Program-made: the position numbers and the translations under genes
Shown: one piece after another, positions 40,401 through 48,512 of the stretch
How the letters are laid out: each line of letters starts with the position of its first letter
Numbering within the stretch: the stretch's first letter is position 1
The notes under the pieces: generated by a model
Databases searched by the model: none
Seen by the model: the letters and a program-made list of their open reading frames with translations, nothing else
Told to the model about the DNA's origin: nothing
From: Flavobacteriaceae bacterium UBA5950
GTDB taxonomy: Bacteria; Bacteroidota; Bacteroidia; Flavobacteriales; Flavobacteriaceae
DNA: 64,000 nt
Direction of reading: 5' to 3'
Assembly: GCA_002430545.1 (NCBI GenBank)
Contig: DJCM01000013.1
Location: forward strand, 28,620 to 92,619

Positions 40401-40988
40401 TATTACAGCCTAGTCGTTCCAATTGCAGCAGCATACTATCGCGCTGGAGCACTTGATAAAGCACAAAAAATTGTAACAACAATCGCCTCTGGCTACGAAG
40501 AATACATGCGCTACTATGCGCAGTGGAATCGAGATGAGCAGCTGATGTTGATGGAAGACATTGTCGGAAATGTGGAGCGATATAAATCCCTCCTCACTGA
40601 AATCATCGAGGCCAAAGATCACAAAAGCATGATAGCTTTGTTCGATTCATTTTTTGAGTCGATAATACCCTTTAGATATATCTATGGGAAATATGATTTT
40701 TATACAGAACTCACCCCCTTTGTCGGTGCTCTTTATGATTCCGATCAAGTTGAATTTGCTCGTGAGTTGAGCACAGAAATTGCACAGCAATACATCGACT
40801 TACTTAACCGATTCTTGACACTAGAGGATGTGCAACTGTCTTACTTTGAAATGGAGATTGGTATTGAGATTGAGGCCTATAAGAGTTTGGTATCGACTGT
40901 GAAACGAAATGAAAATGACCTAGTGTTTTCTGAAGCGTTTGAGGAAACTTATAATGAAACTATTTCGCCGTTTTCTAATTTGGACTAA
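37464..40988 (+). CDS. DUF2723 domain-containing membrane protein (GT-C-fold glycosyltransferase-like) with a large C-terminal soluble region
   Basis: N-terminal motif [30 protein letters not shown] and more than 10 TM helices. The track start at 37362 is a TTG abutting the tRNA, so ATG at 37464 ([13 protein letters not shown]) is preferred. Confidence 0.8.
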   Translation: [1174 protein letters not shown]

Positions 40989-41281
40989 ACAAAATCTTTC
41001 ATCAGTGAAATAATGGTGTTTGCGTCTTGATCACCACTCTGCCGCCAAACCATTTCACCTCCTTTATAAATCATCAGAGTTGGTAAGCCTCGCACACGCA
41101 GTGCTTCTGAAAGTTTGGGGTTTTTTTCGATATCAATCTTAATTACTTTACCATTGTCCCCCATCGCAGCCGCAACATCCCGAAGAACGGCGTGCATTTC
41201 AACAGAGGTTTCATCCAAATCAGAATAAAAATTGAGAAGGATGGGAATTTTAGCATCAATAATGTCTCCAAATTTTGACAT
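40985..41281 (-). CDS. thioredoxin-fold protein without catalytic cysteines
   Basis: 98 aa with thioredoxin-like layout (PILLNFYSD..., VRGLPTLMIYKGGEMVWRQSG) but zero Cys residues. The position of WCGPC reads LDETS. Confidence 0.75.
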   Translation of the reverse strand: MSKFGDIIDAKIPILLNFYSDLDETSVEMHAVLRDVAAAMGDNGKVIKIDIEKNPKLSEALRVRGLPTLMIYKGGEMVWRQSGDQDANTIISLMKDFV

Positions 41282-41407
41282 GATGAGAGCTGTTATTCAA
41301 TTGACATTAAATGCTAAAATAATATTTTGTGTCAAAATATGCTCCAAAAGTGCAAAATTCTGAACTGAATCGTACCAAACAAGCTGTCAAATCCTAAGAA
41401 TAATTCT

Positions 41408-41415
41408 TACTTTTG
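41408..41415 (+). promoter_or_regulatory. candidate -7 box (TACTTTTG) upstream of polA
   Basis: Exact match, 9 nt before ATG 41425. Confidence 0.5.
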
Positions 41416-41424
41416 ATTGCAAAG

Positions 41425-44223
41425 ATGGCAAACGAAAAAAAACTCTACCTCCTAGACGCCTACGCCCTGATTTTTAGAGGTTACTACGCATTTATCAAAA
41501 ACCCAAGAATAAACTCCAAAGGCATGGATACCAGTGCCATTATGGGGTTTACAAACTCCTTATTTGATTTGATTAACAGAGAGAGACCCAACTATTTGGC
41601 TGTAGCTTTTGACAAGGGTGGCTCTGTCGATCGATCGAAAATCTACACAGATTACAAGGCCAATCGTCCTGAAACACCTGAAGCGATTCGCATTGCTGTG
41701 CCTTATATCCAAGCGCTGCTCGAAGCCATGCATATTCCTGTCATCGAAAAAGAAGGGTTTGAAGCCGATGACATCATTGGAACCCTGGCCAAACAAGCTG
41801 AAAAAGAAGGCTTTGAAGTATATATGATGACTCCTGACAAAGACTTTGCACAACTTGTCTCCCCTAATATCTTTATGTATCGCCCCTCGCGCAAAGGAAA
41901 TGGCATTGAAATTTGGGGTGTGAAGGAAGTGCAAGAAAAGTTTGATATCGAACACCCAGAGCAAGTCATTGACTACTTGGGGATGATGGGTGACTCGGTT
42001 GACAATATCCCAGGTCTGCCAGGTGTGGGTGATAAAACTGCTCGAAAGTTTTTGGCACAATATGGCTCGATGGAAAATCTACTCGCCAATACACACGAAA
42101 TCAAAGGAAAACTCAGAGAAAAAATCGAAGAAAACAAGGAACTAGGGATCCTTTCCAAAAAACTCGCTCGTATTCTCTTGGATGTTCCTGTGAGTTTTGA
42201 TGAAAAAAAATATATCCTAGACCAGCCGAATACAGAAAAAGTTTTTGAAATTTTTCAGGAGTTGGAGTTTCGTCAACTTAGCAATCGGCTTCAAAAAATT
42301 TTTTCTGGAGCAGAAGAAACGGAAAGCCCTGCCAACAAATCCACAACAACTGCTCCTGCCGCCTATGATTTGTTCAATCAGCCAGGAACAGGTGAAATGG
42401 TATCAGAGTCTAGTCTCAAAACACTTTCAACAACCGAACACCTCTATCAAACTATACAAACACCTCAAGAAGAAGAAATGTTGTTGGAGTGGTTGCTCCA
42501 ACAAAAATCGGTCTGCTTTGATACAGAAACCACAGGTCTAGACGAACTCACTGCCGAGCTGGTGGGTATCGCCTTTAGTTGGAAAAAAGGAACTGGTTAT
42601 TACCTCCCTTTACCTGAAGATCGCACTGCTTGTGAAACAAAACTTGCCTATTTTGCACCTTTCTTCCAAAGCTCCGAAATCGAGAAAGTAGGGCACAACC
42701 TCAAATATGACATCAAGGTGCTACAGCAATATGGTATGAATGTTCAAGCACCGCTGTTTGATACCATGATTGCACATTATCTGATCAATCCCGATATGCG
42801 TCATAATATGGATGTTTTGGCAGAAAACTATTTGGGTTACCAACCACAACATATAACAGAACTAATTGGTAAAAAAGGACCCAATCAAGGATCGATGCGA
42901 AATGTGCCCCTCGATAAACAAACTGAATATGCTGTAGAGGATGCAGATGTGACCTACCAACTCAAAAATCATTTTGTCACTGAGATGGCATCAAAGGAAG
43001 TAATCGATTTGTTCAACAAGATCGAATTACCTTTGGTCAATGTGTTGGCTGAAATGGAAAGCGCAGGGATATATATCGACGTCGATTATTTAAACGAATT
43101 GGCAGTACAATTTCAAAAAGAAACAGCTACACTTGAAGAGCGAATTTATGAGCAAGCTGGCGAACCCTTTAACTTGGCATCGCCAAAACAGCTAGGACCC
43201 ATTTTATTTGACAAGCTCAACTTGGTTGACAAGCCCAAAAAAACCAAAACAGGTCAATATTCGACTGCAGAAGACGTTTTGTCTTATTTGGCAAAAGACC
43301 ATGCGATTGTTGCTGATATTTTAGAGTGGAGATCTGTCAAAAAATTAAGCAACACCTATATTGAGGCACTCCCCCATCAGGTTAATCCCAAAACAGATCG
43401 TGTCCATACAATATTCAATCAAGCAGTGGCTGCCACAGGGCGATTGAGTAGCAATCATCCCAATCTTCAAAACATACCCATTCGGACAGAACGAGGTCAA
43501 TTGGTTCGAAAAGCATTCATACCAAGAGATGAAGAACATGTTTTACTCGCAGCGGATTATTCACAAATAGAATTGCGTGTGATTGCTTCGTTGAGTCACG
43601 ATAAAGAAATGCAAGAAGCCTTTCAAAAAGGAGAAGATATCCACACCAGTACTGCTGCCAAGGTGTTTAATGTTGCTTTGGATGAGGTGAGCAGAGAGCA
43701 AAGAAGCCAGGCCAAAACGGTTAATTTTGGCATTGTTTATGGGGTGTCGGCTTTTGGATTGAGTAATCAAACGAATCTGAATCGGAAGGAATCCAAAGCT
43801 TTGATTGATGCCTATTACGAAACCTACCCACAGCTGAAATCATACATCCGAAAGCAAGTGGATTTTGCAAGAGAAAATGGGTATGTTGAAACTATTTTGG
43901 GTCGCCGACGATACTTGAGAGACATCAATTCGCAAAACAGTATTGTTAGAAGTGCTGCCGAACGCAACGCCGTGAATGCACCCATTCAAGGAAGTGCAGC
44001 AGATATTATCAAAATTGCAATGTTACGGATTCATGAAAAATTAAAAGAATTTGACTCCCAAATGCTGTTGCAAGTGCATGATGAGTTGGTATTTGATGCA
44101 AAAAAATCAGAGCTCGATGCGTTGACAAACATGATTAAAACCGAAATGGAACAGGCCTACAAACTCCAAGTTCCTCTGGTTGTCGATGTGGGAACAGGCA
44201 CCAACTGGCTAGAGGCACATTGA
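41425..44223 (+). CDS. polA: DNA polymerase I
   Basis: 5'-nuclease N-terminus (LYLLDAYALIFRGYYAF), 3'-5' exonuclease and polymerase motifs (DYSQIELRV, QVHDELVF). ATG at 41425 is preferred over the TTG at 41413. Confidence 0.97.
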   Translation: MANEKKLYLLDAYALIFRGYYAFIKNPRINSKGMDTSAIMGFTNSLFDLINRERPNYLAVAFDKGGSVDRSKIYTDYKANRPETPEAIRIAVPYIQALLEAMHIPVIEKEGFEADDIIGTLAKQAEKEGFEVYMMTPDKDFAQLVSPNIFMYRPSRKGNGIEIWGVKEVQEKFDIEHPEQVIDYLGMMGDSVDNIPGLPGVGDKTARKFLAQYGSMENLLANTHEIKGKLREKIEENKELGILSKKLARILLDVPVSFDEKKYILDQPNTEKVFEIFQELEFRQLSNRLQKIFSGAEETESPANKSTTTAPAAYDLFNQPGTGEMVSESSLKTLSTTEHLYQTIQTPQEEEMLLEWLLQQKSVCFDTETTGLDELTAELVGIAFSWKKGTGYYLPLPEDRTACETKLAYFAPFFQSSEIEKVGHNLKYDIKVLQQYGMNVQAPLFDTMIAHYLINPDMRHNMDVLAENYLGYQPQHITELIGKKGPNQGSMRNVPLDKQTEYAVEDADVTYQLKNHFVTEMASKEVIDLFNKIELPLVNVLAEMESAGIYIDVDYLNELAVQFQKETATLEERIYEQAGEPFNLASPKQLGPILFDKLNLVDKPKKTKTGQYSTAEDVLSYLAKDHAIVADILEWRSVKKLSNTYIEALPHQVNPKTDRVHTIFNQAVAATGRLSSNHPNLQNIPIRTERGQLVRKAFIPRDEEHVLLAADYSQIELRVIASLSHDKEMQEAFQKGEDIHTSTAAKVFNVALDEVSREQRSQAKTVNFGIVYGVSAFGLSNQTNLNRKESKALIDAYYETYPQLKSYIRKQVDFARENGYVETILGRRRYLRDINSQNSIVRSAAERNAVNAPIQGSAADIIKIAMLRIHEKLKEFDSQMLLQVHDELVFDAKKSELDALTNMIKTEMEQAYKLQVPLVVDVGTGTNWLEAH

Positions 44224-44235
44224 TTTTGATAATTG

Positions 44236-44266
44236 TTTGCTTTTTACTCTATAAATTGTACATTTG
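44236..44266 (+). promoter_or_regulatory. candidate promoter of rplM-rpsI (-33 TTTG and -7 TACATTTG)
   Basis: TTTG at 44236-44239, a 19-nt spacer, then TACATTTG at 44259-44266. Confidence 0.6.
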
Positions 44267-44322
44267 CAGCCCGTTTTCAATAAACTTAAACGGAAAATTG
44301 ACAATGTATTAAATAAAAAATA

Positions 44323-44778
44323 GTGGACCCATTAAGTTACAAAACCGTATCAATCAACAAGAAAAACGCTGATAAACAGTGGGTTGTGGTTGATGCTGCG
44401 GATCAAATCTTAGGTCGTTTTTCGTCTAAGGTTGCAAAATTGTTACGTGGTAAATACAAGCCTAGTTTTACACCACACGCTGACTGTGGAGACAATGTTA
44501 TTGTGCTTAATGCCGATAAAATCAAGCTCACTGGAGATAAATGGAATAAAAAAACCTATATCCGCCACACAGGCTATCCTGGTGGTCAGCGTAGTTTGAC
44601 TGCTGGTGAAATCCACGAAAAAGATTCAACTCGATTGGTTGAAAAGTCTATCAAAGGTATGCTTCCCAAAAACAAACTTGGAGCGGAATTGTTCCGAAAT
44701 CTCTATGTTGTTTCTGGATCTGAACATCCTTACGATGGTCAAAAACCAACCGATGTAAACATCAACGAACTAAAGTAA
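44323..44778 (+). CDS. rplM: 50S ribosomal protein L13
   Basis: (M)DPLSYKTVSINKK...LLRGKYKPSFTPHADCGDNVIV. GTG start; an in-frame TAA lies 9 nt upstream, so no ATG alternative exists. Confidence 0.95.
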   Translation: MDPLSYKTVSINKKNADKQWVVVDAADQILGRFSSKVAKLLRGKYKPSFTPHADCGDNVIVLNADKIKLTGDKWNKKTYIRHTGYPGGQRSLTAGEIHEKDSTRLVEKSIKGMLPKNKLGAELFRNLYVVSGSEHPYDGQKPTDVNINELK

Positions 44779-44780
44779 TT

Positions 44781-45167
44781 ATGGAAGTGATTCATACCAT
44801 TGGTCGTCGTAAAACTGCAGTTGCTCGCGTTTATATGTCTGAGGGAAAAGGTGAAATAACCATCAACAACAAAGCGTTAGACGCCTATTTTCCAACGGCA
44901 ACACACCAGTATAAAGTTAATCAGCCATTCACACTGACTGACACTTTGGGGAAATACAATCTCAATGTTTCTGTCACAGGTGGTGGTCCAACTGGGCAAG
45001 TTGAGGCGATTCGTCTTGGCATCTCACGTGCTTTGTGTACTGTTAATGAGGAGCACCGCTCGGGATTAAAGCCAGAAGGGTTACTCACAAGAGACCCTCG
45101 CATGGTTGAGCGTAAAAAGTTTGGGCAGAAAAAAGCCCGTAAAAAATTCCAATTCTCCAAACGTTAA
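44781..45167 (+). CDS. rpsI: 30S ribosomal protein S9
   Basis: GRRKTAVARVY...GGGPTGQVEAIRLGISRAL...KKARKKFQFSKR. Confidence 0.97.
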   Translation: MEVIHTIGRRKTAVARVYMSEGKGEITINNKALDAYFPTATHQYKVNQPFTLTDTLGKYNLNVSVTGGGPTGQVEAIRLGISRALCTVNEEHRSGLKPEGLLTRDPRMVERKKFGQKKARKKFQFSKR

Positions 45168-45304
45168 CCATTTGTTAGCATTGGCATATCAATAAGTTCA
45201 TTCATTAGTGTATAATTTGTTGCCATTAGTTTAGCATCTAAATGAGGAAGGCCGTTTTTCGCCACTTGTTCATTGCTAATCAGGGAACGTAAACGAAAAC
45301 AACA

Positions 45305-46291
45305 ATGTCAAAAATAGAAGTCAAAGACTTACTAGAAGCAGGTGTCCACTTTGGTCACCTTACAAGAAAGTGGAACCCCAATATGGCGCCCTTCATTCAC
45401 ATGGAGCGCAACGGTATCCACATTATCAATCTTTATAAAACCGTTACTAAAATCGAGGAAGCGCAGCAAGCACTGCACAAAATTGCTTCTTCTGGTCGCA
45501 AGATCTTATTTGTAGCGACAAAAAAACAAGCAAAGGATATCGTATCTGCAAAAGCAAGCGAAGTGAATATGCCTTATATCACTGAGCGCTGGCCTGGAGG
45601 GATGCTGACCAACTTTGTAACGATCCGAAAGGCTGTTAAGAAAATGGCTGCGATTGATCGTATGAAAACAGATGGTACATTCAACACTCTTTCCAAAAAA
45701 GAAAGACTACAAGTCGATCGTATGCGTGCCAAGCTCGAAAAGAACCTCGGTTCGATTTCGGAAATGACACGTTTGCCAGGTGCGCTTTTTGTTGTCGATA
45801 TACGTCGTGAGCACATTGCTGTTCGCGAAGCACAAAAACTCAACATCCCCATTTTTGCGATGGTCGACACCAACGCTGACCCTCGTGATGTTGATTTTGC
45901 AATTCCTGCAAACGACGATGCGTCAAAATCAATTGATAAAATTTTAGGTCTTGTCACACAGTCCATAGCAGCGGGAACAAGTGAACGTCAAAAGGAACGT
46001 GACGAAGCCAATGCAGCTCAAACTGAAGGTGAAGTGGTTCCAGAAGCAGCTGAAACAAAAGAAAAAACAACTGCAGAAACACCTGCAGCAGAAGCGCCAG
46101 CAGCTGAAGTAAAAGAAGAAGCTGTGGCTGAAGAAGCTCCTGCCGCCGAAGAGAAAAAGGCAGAGGAAGCACCTGCAGAAGATTTGAGTGGTAAAAAAGT
46201 CGCCGAACTCAAGGCACTTGCCAAAGAAGCTGGTGTGACTGGTTATAGTAAAATGAAAAAAGCAGAATTAATTGCGGCTTTGTCCGCCTAA
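45305..46291 (+). CDS. rpsB: 30S ribosomal protein S2 with a roughly 100-aa C-terminal extension
   Basis: LLEAGVHFGHLTRKWNPNM..., then an A/E/P-rich tail ending in a Rho_N/SAP-like helix-turn-helix. Confidence 0.95.
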   Translation: MSKIEVKDLLEAGVHFGHLTRKWNPNMAPFIHMERNGIHIINLYKTVTKIEEAQQALHKIASSGRKILFVATKKQAKDIVSAKASEVNMPYITERWPGGMLTNFVTIRKAVKKMAAIDRMKTDGTFNTLSKKERLQVDRMRAKLEKNLGSISEMTRLPGALFVVDIRREHIAVREAQKLNIPIFAMVDTNADPRDVDFAIPANDDASKSIDKILGLVTQSIAAGTSERQKERDEANAAQTEGEVVPEAAETKEKTTAETPAAEAPAAEVKEEAVAEEAPAAEEKKAEEAPAEDLSGKKVAELKALAKEAGVTGYSKMKKAELIAALSA

Positions 46292-46301
46292 ATCACTGAT
46301 A

Positions 46302-47126
46302 ATGTCAAAAATAAGTGCAGCTGATGTAAACAAGCTCCGAAAAGCAACAGGAGCAGGAATGATGGATTGTAAAAAAGCCTTGGTCGAAGCTGAGGGTGAC
46401 TTTGATTCAGCAGTAGAAATTCTGCGTAAAAAGGGTCAGAAAGTAGCCGCCAATCGTGCGGATCGTGACTCTTCAGAAGGGGCTGTCATTGCAAGAGTCA
46501 ATGATGAAGCAACTGTTGGTGTCATCGTATCGGTAAATTGTGAAACCGACTTTGTTGCCAAAAACGAAAGCTATGTATCGCTTGCCAACCAATTGGCAGA
46601 TGTGGCCTTGGGTCATGATAGTTTGGATAGTTTTTTGGCTGCTGACTTCAACGGAATGTCTGTTGCTGATAAACTCACAGAACAGACAGGAGTAATTGGA
46701 GAAAAAATCGAAATCGGAGGATTTGAACGACTCGAAGGAGCTTTTGTTGGTTCATACATCCATGCTGGCAGCAAAATTGCAACCCTAACGAGTCTATCGG
46801 CTGGAGTTGATGGTGCGGCAGAAGCTGCCAAAAATGTGGCGATGCAAGCTGCTGCTATGAACCCCATTGCCTTAAATGAAGATGGTGTTGATGCAACAAC
46901 AGTTGAGAAAGAGATCGAGATTGCAAAGGACCAACTGCGTCAGGAAGGAAAGCCAGAAGCGATGCTCGACAATATCGCCAAAGGGAAGCTCAAGCGTTTT
47001 TTTAAAGATAATACCTTGGTCAATCAGGCTTATATCAAGGATGCTAAGCAAAGCGTGAGCGACTATGTGAAGTCGGTTGATGCTGGTCTAAGCGTGACTG
47101 GTTTTAAGCGTTTGGCTTTGGTGTAA
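46302..47126 (+). CDS. tsf: translation elongation factor Ts
   Basis: MSKISAADVNKLRKATGAGMMDCKKAL. The track start at 46272 overlaps rpsB. Confidence 0.96.
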   Translation: MSKISAADVNKLRKATGAGMMDCKKALVEAEGDFDSAVEILRKKGQKVAANRADRDSSEGAVIARVNDEATVGVIVSVNCETDFVAKNESYVSLANQLADVALGHDSLDSFLAADFNGMSVADKLTEQTGVIGEKIEIGGFERLEGAFVGSYIHAGSKIATLTSLSAGVDGAAEAAKNVAMQAAAMNPIALNEDGVDATTVEKEIEIAKDQLRQEGKPEAMLDNIAKGKLKRFFKDNTLVNQAYIKDAKQSVSDYVKSVDAGLSVTGFKRLALV

Positions 47127-47150
47127 AACTTTGCCAACTAAAGAAAAGTA

Positions 47151-47177
47151 AAACCTCGAATTGTCGAGGTTTTTTTT
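47151..47177 (+). terminator. rho-independent terminator after tsf
   Basis: AAACCUCGA-AUUG-UCGAGGUUU followed by UUUUUU, 25 nt after the tsf stop. Confidence 0.85.
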
Positions 47178-47203
47178 GCTCGTAGTGCAAGGCTGTTTTT
47201 GGT

Positions 47204-47211
47204 TATATTTG
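47204..47211 (+). promoter_or_regulatory. candidate -7 box (TATATTTG) upstream of pyrH-frr
   Basis: Exact match, 14 nt before ATG 47226 and after the tsf terminator. Confidence 0.5.
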
Positions 47212-47225
47212 CACAAATACAATCC

Positions 47226-47930
47226 ATGCAATACAAACGGATACTTTTAAAACTCAGTGGAGAGGCACTTATGGGTGAGCGCTCCCATGGGATTGACCCA
47301 CAGCGTTTGGCGGACTATGCCAGCGAAATCAAAAATGTTGTTGCGCAAGGAGTAGAAGTTGCCATTGTAATCGGAGGTGGTAATATCTTTCGGGGTGTTG
47401 CTGGTGCCAGTAATGGGATGGATCGTGTGCAAGGAGATTATATGGGCATGCTGGCAACCATTATCAATGGTCTTGCCCTGCAAAGCGCTTTGGAAGATGC
47501 TGAGGTACAAACGCGACTGCAAACAGCCCTGAAAATCGAAGCGATCGCCGAGCCATATATCAAAAGGCGTGCAGTTCGCCACTTGGAAAAAGGACGTGTG
47601 GTTATCTTTGGCGCAGGCACTGGAAATCCATTTTTTACAACCGACTCTGCAGCTGTACTTCGAGCAATTGAAGTGGAAGCAGACGTCATATTGAAAGGAA
47701 CTCGCGTGGATGGTATTTATGATGATGACCCAGAAAAAAATAAAGATGCTGTTAAATATGAGTCCATTAGTTTTAATGATGTCCTTCAAAAAGGACTCAA
47801 AGTGATGGACAGCACTGCCTTTACTCTTAGCCAAGAAAATGAATTGTCTATTGTTGTGTTTGACATGAACACTCCTGGCAACCTTGAACAGGTGGTTGCA
47901 GGTAAAAATATCGGAACCAAGGTAAATTAG
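47226..47930 (+). CDS. pyrH: UMP kinase
   Basis: [15 protein letters not shown]...[11 protein letters not shown]. The track start at 47199 is a TTG upstream of the promoter box. Confidence 0.96.
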   Translation: MQYKRILLKLSGEALMGERSHGIDPQRLADYASEIKNVVAQGVEVAIVIGGGNIFRGVAGASNGMDRVQGDYMGMLATIINGLALQSALEDAEVQTRLQTALKIEAIAEPYIKRRAVRHLEKGRVVIFGAGTGNPFFTTDSAAVLRAIEVEADVILKGTRVDGIYDDDPEKNKDAVKYESISFNDVLQKGLKVMDSTAFTLSQENELSIVVFDMNTPGNLEQVVAGKNIGTKVN

Positions 47931-47935
47931 AAATT

Positions 47936-48487
47936 ATGGAAGACATTAACTTTATCATGGATGTTGCCAAAGAGGCTATGGAAAAATCGCTAGAACACCT
48001 GGATAAGGCTTTTATCAATATCCGTGCAGGCAAAGCGAATCCTGCAATGTTATCTACTGTGAAAATGGAGTACTATGGGACGCAAACCCCACTGAGTCAG
48101 GTGGCAAACATCAATACCCCTGATGCGCAAACCTTGTCCGTTCAGCCATGGGACAAAACACAAATTCCTGAAATCGAAAAAGCCATTCTTGTTGCAAACC
48201 TTGGGTTTAACCCCTCCAACAATGGTGAGTCGGTGATTATCAATATCCCACCACTGACCGAAGAACGAAGGAGAGAGTTGGTCAAACTCGCTAAGGCAGA
48301 GGCGGAAAATGCAAAAGTAGGGGTTCGAAATGCGCGTAAAGAGGCAAATAACGAACTGAAAAAAACAGAGTTTTCTGAAGACCAATTGGGCAATGCTGAA
48401 GTTGATGTGCAAACCCTAACCGATGTTTACATCAAAAAAATAGATGATAAATACGCTTCGAAAGAGGGTGAAATCATGACGGTCTGA
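47936..48487 (+). CDS. frr: ribosome recycling factor
   Basis: ...FINIRAGKANPAMLSTVKMEYYG...IPPLTEERRRELVK. Confidence 0.96.
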   Translation: MEDINFIMDVAKEAMEKSLEHLDKAFINIRAGKANPAMLSTVKMEYYGTQTPLSQVANINTPDAQTLSVQPWDKTQIPEIEKAILVANLGFNPSNNGESVIINIPPLTEERRRELVKLAKAEAENAKVGVRNARKEANNELKKTEFSEDQLGNAEVDVQTLTDVYIKKIDDKYASKEGEIMTV

Positions 48488-48512
48488 AAACAGAAATACT
48501 TCTTCAATTGCT

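Noticed and set aside
47247-47834. 195-aa antisense ORF spanning almost all of pyrH
   Set aside because: pyrH on the plus strand is unambiguous. The antisense product is Cys/Phe/Ile-rich with no motif, and long antisense frames are common opposite conserved genes in this composition. There is no independent start signal or promoter box.
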